Source: Azolla caroliniana
Lineage: Eukaryota > Plantae > Polypodiophyta
Length of the DNA: 12,283 bases
NCBI GenBank assembly: GCA_043228905.1
Contig: JBHGNT010001080.1
Coordinates: forward strand, 1-12,283
Direction: 5' to 3'
The number at the start of each line of letters is the position of its first letter. Positions within the stretch are counted from its first letter, which is position 1. The notes beneath the pieces were generated by a model, which did no database searches, was not told the DNA's origin, and saw nothing but the letters and a program-made list of their open reading frames with translations. Positions 1-8,683 of the stretch are shown here, one piece after another. The position numbers and the translations under genes are program-made.

Positions 1-18
1 ATTGTGATGAATTGCATG

Positions 19-351
19 CCAAGAAGTGGTTCTAATATTAAACCTTAATTGTTATTTATTGAACTATTTCTTGCTTTGGGTTATAGCATGTCTTGTTATC
101 CGAGTTAGTGACTTTGGGGAATATGGGTTTTCCTATTAAGTTTGGCAAATGGTGGTTTGCCCTCCAATCATAATGTTTAATTTTTGTGGTATTTTGCACA
201 AACATTTGGGATCAGTGCATCATACAAATCAAGTCAGCATTGTGCACACAAGGTCTACAATTGTTGGCTATCTTCACCAATATAAAAAACCCTCAAATTC
301 TCACTTTGCAAACTGAAGTGATGAACAGAAACGGTTAGGGATAATATACAC
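19..351 (-). mobile_element. Probable decayed GIY-YIG endonuclease domain of a Penelope-like element
   Basis: Minus-strand translation across frameshifts and stops gives VYIIP (351-337), FYIGE (287-273), DW (169-164), FN (63-58) and W (21-19). The order matches the PLE GIY-YIG pattern VY.IPC...YIGET...H.IDW...N.D.G...W. Spacing fits except VY to YIG, which is about 30 nt too long. Confidence 0.45.
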
Positions 352-361
352 TCACACTCGT

Positions 362-1088
362 GCGGTATGTTGAGCATGTGATAAGTAAGTGATATTCATC
401 CTCCACTAGGTTTTCATTGCATACCTTGCATATATCTACATATTTGGGCGAGGATGCCATGATACTACCTCAAGAGTCAACACCTAACTTGTGTGAGCGA
501 GTTTTTTGAAGAAGTCCTAATACTCTCCGAGAGCAAGGGCTTATAGGGGTAGTGAGATGCGATTGGATACGTTCTTGCCAATTTGGGGGTTAAGATTTGC
601 TATATAATATTCCAGTTTAGACATTATGGAATCTTGCCACTTCATCCTTAGAGCCTCATAGTAATCTATCCTCAATGATCACATACTTCATAGCATCACT
701 TGAGAGTTCCAATAGATCGTGTACTCCCATCTCTTAAACCATTTTATAATGTCAAGCACCCATCCCCTGAGAGGATTTTTCTCTTAGTTTTTTGTACTTT
801 GGATCCCATGTTCCAAGCTTGTTTCGGCTCTCTATGGCGAGGCATATTCCTGACTTTGTGCCTCTTTTGTGATGTACTTGTATACTCTTTGCATGGCTAG
901 TGCCTCTATGGGCTGAGAAATTGCTTCTAATTGCACGATAGGATTGGATGTTGAGGATTTTACTCCCAATTGTCTATGTAAGAATATTTTTTGGATTTTC
1001 TCTATTTCATTCCATGCTCTAAACGAGGTAGTGCCATCCCACACTTCTACTTCGTAAAGCAACACTTGGACCACCATAGCATTGAATA

Positions 1089-1092
<4 letters not shown>
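362..1092 (-). mobile_element. 3' part of ORF2 of an RTEX/RTE-like LINE (post-RT region plus CCHC zinc knuckle), degenerate and 5'-truncated
   Basis: Reads LFNAMVVQVLLYEVEVWDG...WNEIEKIQKIFLHRQLGVKSST (LYG.EVWG-type motif), then WVLDIIKWFKRW, TRSHKLGVD (~503-477) and CKVCNENLVEDEYHLLITC (430-374, C-x2-C-x9-H-x4-C). Frameshifts and stops are present. Confidence 0.85.

Positions 1093-1093
<1 letters not shown>

Positions 1094-1139
<46 letters not shown>
1094..1139. repeat. (GA)23 microsatellite
   Basis: Read directly. It produces the SLSLSL run in ORF 832..1155. Confidence 0.98.
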
Positions 1140-1144
<5 letters not shown>

Positions 1145-1145
1145 A

Positions 1146-2200
1146 ATAACATCATTTATTAGTTAACAGAAGTGTCATTGCATCAGATCACATGTTTTAA
1201 TGTTCTACCTACTCTTCCACCAATATAAAACAAGCATGCAACAATTTGATGCAACACAGTGTGGATTCATTACCTATTGTTAACTCTGTTAATTACTGAA
1301 TGTGCTTTGTTGCTATCACTTAAAACTTAAATTGTTTTCAGAAAAACTTCTACATTCAATCTATATGTTGTCTTGCCTACGAATTACATGAGCCTAGGAC
1401 AATCAATTGTATATAATAATGTATACGTTCGGTGATCCTTCATATTGAGGTGATTGAATGTATATCTTTCATTAAAGTAACAAAAAAAAATTCAAATTTA
1501 GAGTCTCCAATTGTTTGTATATATTCAAAAGTCAAATAATGATATACAAATGACCATTTGTTCAACGACATAGCCACTTTTTACCGTTGTGCCATATCTT
1601 GACAAGGTCAAAAAGATTGATTGGTCGAGTGGATGGGAAATATGAATATACCTTATATAAAGCCCACATACTAATCAATAAACTCTTGATATATCCATTT
1701 TTGTCAAATTTCCCTTCAAGCTCATTGGAGAAAAATATCTCTTGATACACTCGTCTTTGATAGTTTTCCTTGCAATTATGTTGGATGTCACTAATGATGA
1801 TTTTATTGAGAGTTCTCTTCACATAAACTTCCAAGTAGTTGTGATTTCCTCTTATCCCTTGAGTATGTTGAGAGACTCCAAGTATAAACATATATGGTAG
1901 AAAATCATCTATTTTTGTTCTCTAGGAAAAGCGAAGGAATATATTGAGCATGTAGAAAATCCTGTTGGACTGCTTGAAATATGAAAAACGATATCTAGTT
2001 CATGCTAGAGGTGGAGAATTACTTTACAAAAGGTTGCAATTGCATTCCATTTAGTAGTGATTTAATATTGAAACAATGTGAACTAAAAAATAGCATAAAT
2101 TCCCTAATCAACAAAACATGACGGATGGAGGTGCATAATAAAGAAATGAATTGATGGCATATATAATGCATCTCCATGATAAATGGAGCCTCCTTATCGC
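1146..2200 (+). mobile_element. Decayed Penelope-like element (Poseidon/Penelope-type RT, thumb and start of GIY-YIG)
   Basis: Motifs in PLE order across frameshifts: CFNV..TL/TNI 1193-1227 (SFDV.SLFTNI), FYIQ..CLA 1348-1377 (FY.Q..G.AMG), aggtgattgaatgtatatcttt ~1448-1469 (eroded RYVDDIF), DIQMT 1541-1555 (IQFT), PYLD 1592-1603, YIKPT/HTNQ 1654-1678 (YRKPTHTDQY), YIHF 1690-1701, SYP 1850-1858 (NGYP) and GIY 2156-2164. Confidence 0.72.
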
Positions 2201-2224
2201 ACCTCAATTTTAGTTTTTTTTATT

Positions 2225-2241
2225 GGGGGGGAGGGGGGGGG
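2225..2241 (+). repeat. G7-A-G9 homopolymer tract (G-quadruplex-capable)
   Basis: Read directly. It follows a T-run and roughly marks where the PLE-like similarity ends. Confidence 0.8.
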
Positions 2242-3039
2242 AGAGAATCGTTGACAATGTGCATGTTAAGCATTAGGCCACAACTTGTAGGTAGTGGTTC
2301 AATTTTGAAGGGCAACAAGGCATCTTCATTTGATTAGATTCTCCTTATCATATGTGTCCATTTTAGTGGGAGGAGAATCAAATCTTTGACCACATGCATT
2401 GTGAAATCAAGAGTCGGGAACTTGTAGTTGCTCCATTTTGAGGTAGGACCCCCAAAATACACTATAAGCAAATCTGTTTGTCAATGCTTATAAACCTGAA
2501 CTTCCTATAACTGCAGCTTGGATAAAGCTAAATGGCAGCCCATATGGGCCAAATTATGTTGAAGAATCAGCATTAGAGTTATGTTTGTATGCAATAAATG
2601 TTGCAATTAGATGCATTACGAAGGCCCCACCAAAGAATATAAGCTTCAACTTATATGAAAACAATGACTAGAAGACACTATTGCTCTAGTATTCCAAATA
2701 CAACACCAAGTCCGAGGTAAGAATAAAACTAAGGATGTATTCTTTCTTCTTGCAAACCTAGAGGATTTAGGGAATTTATACAGTACAAGAGGAGAGCTGA
2801 ATGTTCCCCAGGTTTTAGATACACAGTTTGCTATGCTTTACAACTTTCATTGCTCAAGAGTTACATCAATGAAATGGATGTCTCATGTCAAGGTCCAACA
2901 ACACAATCAAGTTCTAAGCATAATGTATAGACCAAGCAATACATATGTAACCTTCCCAATATAAACATCAAGAATATTAAATAGTAATACCCAATCACTA
3001 CTTAAGTCAATCTGCAATACAACAATCTCGAAGAGAGGA

Positions 3040-3625
3040 ATCTCACAAATTCTATGTTTAGTGAAGTTAAGACTAGTCATATCTTCAAACAAACTAGACC
3101 ATACAACTTTTCTGACATCTAAACTCCATACTTATCCTATTTCTTCATTCCATGTACTCTATGATCAATCTGATGAATGAAGCTCAAAAAGAGAGCAATA
3201 ACTATGGTTTGTCCATGGACATCCCTATATTGCTTACTTAATTCATTTCTATATACATGTTTCACACAATATTTTGATGAAATTATGAGCAAAAATAGTG
3301 TCTAGTGTTACCCTTTCTATTAGTCATTGATTTATCACTTCGAAATCTCCCATTCTAATGCATTGGGTAATACTAAATGCTACAAAAACTAAAAGATTCT
3401 GATATCCTTGCTTCAAATCTATTGGAAAGTTCATTGATCACACTGAAAAATTTGGTTCTTTAAACTAAGTTCAACCACATTGTATTGGATCCTATGCTTC
3501 TCCTTAAGCTTTTACCGTTCTACTAACTCTACCAGTTTGATCTGTTATGTGGTTTGATGATCTCCTTTCTTTGATCTCCATCAACATCTATTATTTCGTC
3601 CCTTCTGCTTCCAAATTCAAGCATA
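3040..3625 (+). mobile_element. Possible very old LINE APE-endonuclease relic
   Basis: ILCLVK at 3049 (ILCL.E), LGN/LNA at ~3363-3381 (GD.NA), SLICY at 3534-3548 (S.IDY) and H at ~3622. Spacing resembles the APE catalytic motifs, but the acidic catalytic residues are all substituted. Confidence 0.3.
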
Positions 3626-4337
3626 TTGAGTATGTTAATAACAGTAAGCATAATCAGTCATTAGATATACGAAAATACACTCCACCACAGCTGATATTTT
3701 AATAATCCTGAATGCTATGCATGCATTTTATGGGTTTCTTTCATCTTATTCTTTTCCTTGCACACATAATCTAATAAGCACCTTTACAAGGGATTGTTGC
3801 TCAGAAAAAGATCTACACTTACATATCTGGAACATTGCTAGATTCATTTGCAAATCACTTAATACAAGATCTTAACGACATAAATCTGATAATCCTTTCG
3901 TTTATCTTATCAAGTTGACAGCTAGTTATGAATTGCAATTAAAATAGCAAAATTTCAACTACAGTTATACCATAATTTACCATACCAAGAGAACCATTGT
4001 GACTCCCATCTCTATTATAGCTATTTAAAATGCCAACTTCGTGAATTAAAAACCAAATAGCATAAATCCAATCCTAATCCTCACTTCTAGATTCAAAAGC
4101 TACAACAATGAAACATGCTGAATATTTCAAAGTATCACCAAATCATTAAAAAAGTAAGAAGGGTACAAGCAGGAATGAAAGCACCATGATAATTAAAAAT
4201 ATCATTGGCTAGTATAAAAACCTTTAGGAATTGTACAACAAAAAACAATTGACGTTGATTTTAAATGTGCAATACAATATACAAGTCTTCTGAAAAAAGT
4301 CAAAGTCTAACCATCTATAAAGGAATCTTCATTGCAA

Positions 4338-4454
4338 TTATTTTGGATTTTTCAGCACAATGATAACAGAATCTCCTCTTAGAAACATTTTGCTGATGAA
4401 TCTATCCTTGTTTACTGGCTTTGATTTCTTTTTCCCTTTCCCTGTCTTTGGCAT
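4338..4454 (-). CDS. SmD2: Sm D2 coding exon 5 (Sm2 motif FLRGDSV, stop TAA 4340-4338)
   Basis: Acceptor GCACAG| followed by [38 protein letters not shown]. Confidence 0.97.
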   Translation of the reverse strand: MPKTGKGKKKSKPVNKDRFISKMFLRGDSVIIVLKNPK

Positions 4455-7400
4455 CTGTGCACAATACCATAGGCTTAAGAAACATTAAAGCTTATAAAAC
4501 CAAAAGAAGAAAGCAACGAAACAGTTAATTATAAATTCATTCAAAACAGTAGATTCAAACGAAAAAAACACGACTAAGATGCATTCAGTATAATAAAATT
4601 GGAACACTGTTAAAGGATCATAATATATTACATGATTGTATATAAACTCTATAAATAAAGACACTTAAGAGAGAGATAAGAAATTTGAGACAATAAAGAA
4701 ACATAACAAATTTAAAACATTGTAATGGAACATAATTAAAAAATTAAGAATGTAAAGAAACGCAATCAATTTTAGGTATTGTAAAGACGCACAATATAAT
4801 CTATATATTATAAAGAAGCATAATAAAATTTAACAGTGTAAAGGAACGTTATATAAAGAAACAAAAGACTATTTGAACGTTGTAGAAACAAAAAAAATAT
4901 TTAACACTGTAAAGCAAAAGTAACATAAAAAATTTAAACATTTGTGAATCAATATGATAAAATTTGGAAAATTGTAAAGAATTAAGTGATTCACCTCTGT
5001 CCACATCTCTCTCACATTCTCAAGCACCATGTTGCAATGCCTATCAAAAGCCTTCACTCTCCCCAAGAGTTTCTTGTTATTCCTACAATTGATCAAAACC
5101 TGCATTTTCAAATACAATTCACAACAGCAGTGAATAATCCTCAAATCATTAGTTATGAGTATAACAAAAGTTTTTGGCAATGACTTCCTTCTTTGTTTTT
5201 ATTCATGTTAAAAATTTTACTTGTTTTTAAGAAAAATGTGCAGGAATTTATTGGAAGTCGAAAATTAATTCTATAGTTTATAATTTTCATATATCATAGG
5301 TAGTAAATTTGAAAGATTAACAGTTACAATTTTGCCAATAGTGCCAAAAATGCCTTGATTGTACTTAGTGGGCGAGCTTGGTCACAGAATTAATGAATTA
5401 TTCCATTATAGTTATTCTTGCTTTTTCTGGCCAGGGTTGGGAGCTTCTGTCAATCTACCATTGAAGCTTGATTTTAGAACTTTGAACTAAAACCTGCAAT
5501 TGGGTGGTGTGCCAAGCTATCAAACCCCAGAAGCCCTCCAACTTGAAAGGCAGATTAACCTTAGACGCTCCCATAATAACTGTGGAGTTCCCTTTCCTCT
5601 GTATTTGATGGGCAAGTGACCGCAACCAGATTGCCCAGAGGGAAACTGGTATTATAAAACTAGTTTGGTTTTTCCCTGGCACATGAAGCCTCAAATCACT
5701 CACTAAACCACCTTTAGGATCCAGCAAGCTTCATAGATAAACTGCCTTACCCACAAACCTAGCCATTAGGGAAAGTTATACTAACTCTCGTGAGATTCCT
5801 TGATTTTCACATAAAATATAGAATTCACCTGAATTGAATTGCATTCCATTGTCCGATCAGATAGCTTTTAATTTAAATTCTCTCCATCTCCATCTAGTCA
5901 GACTAACTCCTCGTGAGATTCCTTGATTTTCACATAGATATGAAATTCATCTGAATTGAATTGCATTCCATAGTCCAATCAGAGAGCTTTCAAGTTTAAT
6001 CTTCTCTCCATGTCTACCACAACCAACTGTAAAATAAGAGAAGTTTAATCAGATGCCTTCTCCTTGCTCTTCAACAGGTAAGCCCAAAGCTTCCTAATGG
6101 CACCATGGAAAAATATCAACTTGAACTTCGTCAGTAGACATGCTGGATGCATAGGCCTACCATGGTGTTTATTAACTCCAACGGATCCACAAGCATATTG
6201 TGGTTAGTCTTCATCCACTTTCTGGCTATATATAATGGGCCATTTTAGTTGCGTAAACTGCCTCACTTTGAAGGACATCATTGTATCTATATCTGCTCAC
6301 TTTGAAGGACATCATTGTATCTATATCTGCTCACTTTGAAGGACACGGTTGTGTATCTCCATCATATTCGTTGTCTATCTTCATTGCACTCGGGGTGCTC
6401 CACGATCTAAGCATCCTGTAGTTCAGCCATTTGTGCTGATGTATCAGTCTGTCTGTATCAGTCTGTTCATGCACAGTCTGTAATCTTTCTAACTAAGGTT
6501 TAATCTCTTTTTTTATGTTGACATAAACATGCAAACTTCTGTAAGTGCTCTGATCACAGGTCTAAATCTCTCCTAGTTCAGAACCCTGGTCTCACCTGGA
6601 CGCAAACAAATCCTGTGATTTACGCAACACTATGACCATATACAATGCAAGACTTGTGGCCAAGGGATCTGTGAAGAAGGGGATGTAGATTTTCGGAAGT
6701 TATTTACCCAGATTGCAAGGTTTGGAAAGATCTCGCCAGAACTGCCAATGTTCATGATGTGAACTGGAAAGTATGGCAGATGGATGTAGTGTGGGCAACC
6801 TTGTGCTATACATGGACAACTTAGTCCTGTTTAGATGCACAGAATGGGACCTCATTCTGTTCAAGAATTTAATGGCAGGCTGGATATGCTCCACTTTTGT
6901 CTGCAACATGAGGTGTATCAGCGCGACAGAGAAATATATGTCACTCAGAGAAATATGGCATTCAAGATGAAATATTGTAAACCAGCTTCCTTAATAACAG
7001 AGGGCAACATCAAGAAAATGAATTTATTTAGGAGCAAAAAAGGTGGAGGACCAACAAATATCTATCTACAGTTGAAACATTCTTGCACCAGTGTACTCAA
7101 CCATACTTAGCCTATTAAGTTGATGTGCTGGCAAAGTTCACAACAAATATAGAAAAGATTCATTGGCAAGCCGTGATGCATATTTTCCCACATCTGAAGG
7201 GTATAGTCTGATTCAGCATTCTAAGTATGAGGAAAGGAAGGTAGTTAGCAAGATATTGTTATTCTGATCGGGTGGATGATCCAGAGCACAGAGGGTCAGC
7301 CTCCGAATATTATTTCTCAGAAAGGTTTACAATATTTTTCAGTACAACAAGGTCAGTTTTCATGGATGAAAGTGAATATGCACATGAAAACTCCTAACAA

Positions 7401-8457
7401 AAATCAGACCACATGTAAGAGTGAAATTAAGAGTATTGTTTTACACAGTAATTTAACGTCATCATTGTGTCCATATCGGCTCGCCTAGAGGTGCATGGAA
7501 GTATGTCCCTATTGTCTTTCTATGTACTGTAACTGCGATTATCCTTACCTGAGTATTGTTTTTTACGCTCATTGTTAATACAGAAAGAGGTCCGGTGTTA
7601 AACTCATCTTCCTTCTTCTCCTGAACCAGATAAATAAACACGAGTAAACACATATCAGAGAAGTAAAGACGCACATTCTCGGAAATAAAGAAACAAATTT
7701 CACAAAGGAAAAAATTTCAGGAAAAAAAAAACAACTGCTCAGAAAAAAAGGGTACCAAATCTCAGAAACAAAAACAGAGAAAGTTGGAAATAAAGGGGAT
7801 GTATCGAAATCTGAAGATACACAAAATCTGACGGAAAGAGATACTGAGAAACGATAGCATTGAAATCAATTCTGAGAAAACGAAGATGATCAAAAAAGTT
7901 ATTGAAACAAAGTGATGAATTTAAACCTGCAAAACGTAGAAATGACAACAAAAGTTTGATTACGAAATCGCAATCGAGAAATAAGCACTAATACTCAGGA
8001 ACCAAAAGTATCTGAGAGAAAGCTGCATACGAATGCTGAGCTAAATATTTGATGTCACAAATCTAGAGAAGCAAAGACAAAAATCCTGAAAAACGAAAGT
8101 GATGGGTGAAGGGTTTCTTCGAGGATAAGATAGAGCTCTGATTAAGAAAGACAGGAAATCCTGTCAAAGGAAATTGATGACGGAAAAGCCGAGGGAAAAA
8201 AAAAACAGAATTTTAAAATGCATTCTGGCAAACAAAGAAGGTTGAAGAAAGAGAAGATGGAAAGAAATAATAAAACATAGAAAACAAGAAGGAAAAAAAA
8301 AGGAAGGAAGGAAGGGAGAGTGTATCGAAAGCTCATACCTGATCTTCATCCATTGGTCTTGCTCCACTGCAGAAAACAAAGAGTTTTTCAAGGAGATTTA
8401 GCATAAATAACATACAGATATAATGGAGAGGGACGAGGAAGAAAAAATGGACCTCAT
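4338..8457 (-). CDS. SmD2: Small nuclear ribonucleoprotein Sm D2, spliced CDS join(8457-8453,8366-8339,7620-7549,5099-4995,4454-4338), 108 aa
   Basis: Spliced translation [108 protein letters not shown] matches the highly conserved Sm D2 (SNRPD2) sequence. Introns of 86, 718, 2449 and 540 nt are all GT..AG and keep the frame. Confidence 0.97.
4590..4980. repeat. Degenerate AT-rich ~29-bp minisatellite in Sm D2 intron 4
   Basis: A TGTAAAG-like core recurs at 4692, 4721, 4751, 4780, 4809 and 4837 (spacing 28-30), then at 4881, 4908, 4943 and 4973. Approximate consensus AAATTTAACAYTGTAAAGAAACATAAT. Confidence 0.75.
4995..5099 (-). CDS. SmD2: Sm D2 coding exon 4 (Sm1 motif, [10 protein letters not shown])
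   Basis: ATGCAG|GTT...GAG|GTGAAT; 35 codons, [35 protein letters not shown]. Confidence 0.98.
5780..6184 (-). mobile_element. Ty1/Copia integrase core relic
   Basis: PLELINT/PM...[14 protein letters not shown]...[18 protein letters not shown], and in the duplicate [30 protein letters not shown]. These match Copia integrase PLEL.H.D..GP / SRK.W.Y.LK.K / LRSDNG.EF...F...C...GI..E. Confidence 0.85.
5781..6010. repeat. Diverged tandem duplication, period 122 bp (copies start at 5781 and 5903)
   Basis: Shared blocks include TCGTGAGATTCCTTGATTTTCACATA and CTGAATTGAATTGCATTCCAT. Confidence 0.92.
6262..6345. repeat. Perfect 34-bp tandem repeat, about 2.5 copies
   Basis: CTCACTTTGAAGGACATCATTGTATCTATATCTG at 6262 and 6296, with its first 16 nt again at 6330. 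Confidence 0.97.
6641..7382 (+). mobile_element. Ty1/Copia reverse transcriptase-RNase H relic, internally deleted
   Basis: YNARLVAKG 6641-6667 (YKARLVAKG), LVLYMDN with YMDN at 6809-6820 (YVDD), IYVTQ...[18 protein letters not shown] at 7092 (TRPDLAY), [15 protein letters not shown] (~7158), and [21 protein letters not shown] (~7254; GYCDSDWAGD..DRKSTSGY.F). Confidence 0.88.
7549..7620 (-). CDS. SmD2: Sm D2 coding exon 3
   Basis: GTTCAG|GAG...CAG|GTAAGG; [24 protein letters not shown]. Confidence 0.97.
8339..8366 (-). CDS. SmD2: Sm D2 coding exon 2 (28-nt micro-exon)
   Basis: TTTTCTGCAG|T GGA GCA AGA CCA ATG GAT GAA GAT CAG|[12 protein letters not shown] resembles plant Sm D2 N-termini and joins exon 3 in phase 0. 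Confidence 0.88.
8453..8457 (-). CDS. SmD2: Sm D2 coding part of exon 1 (ATG AG)
   Basis: atcATGAG|GTCCAT. AG plus the first T of exon 2 gives Ser and the correct frame. It is preceded by a pyrimidine-rich UTR-like leader. Confidence 0.75.
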
Positions 8458-8568
8458 GATGATGATTATGGTGGTGCTGCCGCTGCTCAGGAAAAGAAAG
8501 AAACCGCTAGTCTGAAGAAGGAAGGAAGAACAAAACCCTTACTCAGAAGAAGTAACGAAGGGAGAAGG

Positions 8569-8601
8569 AAACCCTAATCTGGTCCACGATTGGAACCCTA
8601 A
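8569..8601. promoter_or_regulatory. Two telo-box-type motifs in the Sm D2 5' region
   Basis: AAACCCTAA at 8569-8577 and AACCCTAA at 8594-8601, about 110-145 bp upstream of the ATG. Telo-boxes are established elements of plant translation and RNA-processing genes. Confidence 0.7.
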
Positions 8602-8683
8602 TCTGTATCGTAAAGCTTTTGTTCCTTCCCTCTCCTTTCTCTGATATGAACAGAAGAGACAAAAACAAAACCAAAGAAAAGCC

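Noticed and set aside
313-337. Hammerhead-like string CTGAAG-TGATGAACA-GAAACGGTTA
   Set aside because: The CUGANGA box is incomplete, stem II is only 2 bp, and the flanks give no stem I pairing.
1562-1891. 109-aa minus-strand ORF as a gene
   Set aside because: No recognisable domain; it is the antisense shadow of the PLE thumb region.
2241-2445. Possible ~130-bp degenerate duplication (GAGAATC..TTGAC..TGCAT..AACTTGTAG..ATTTTGA)
   Set aside because: Similarity is patchy and cannot be distinguished from chance or assigned to a family by eye.
2463-2550. Short inverted repeats TATAAGCA/TGCTTATA and GCCCATATGGGC (with site II-like TGGGCC)
   Set aside because: Short, isolated and not near a gene start; expected by chance at this scale.
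5455-5727. 90-aa ORF with LWAIWLR resembling the L1 C-terminal LW.IW..RN motif
   Set aside because: Single weak motif with no zinc finger or other support. It may be LINE debris but is not callable.
6262-6345. CRISPR-like array (34-bp unit)
   Set aside because: Units are contiguous identical copies with no unique spacers, in a eukaryotic intron with no cas genes.
6547-6558. Degenerate tRNA-iMet primer-binding site (minus TGTGATCAGAGC vs TGGTATCAGAGC)
   Set aside because: The critical TGG is absent, there is no adjacent LTR-terminal CA, and there is too little room for gag/protease before the integrase.
7400-7470. Intronic C/D snoRNA candidate on minus (ATGATGA 7465-7459, CTGA 7407-7404)
   Set aside because: No convincing terminal stem or C'/D' boxes, and the putative guide has only about 7 contiguous nt matching an 18S-like ACCACAU segment. 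Would need snoscan and small-RNA data.
7739-8336. Phe/Leu-rich minus-strand ORFs (7739..7951, 8142..8336)
   Set aside because: Translation of U-rich Sm D2 intron 2 sequence.
8535-8546. Donor-like GA|GTAAGG in the 5' leader suggesting a 5'-UTR intron
   Set aside because: Nearby AG acceptors would give only a 30-60-nt intron; unsupported without transcripts.
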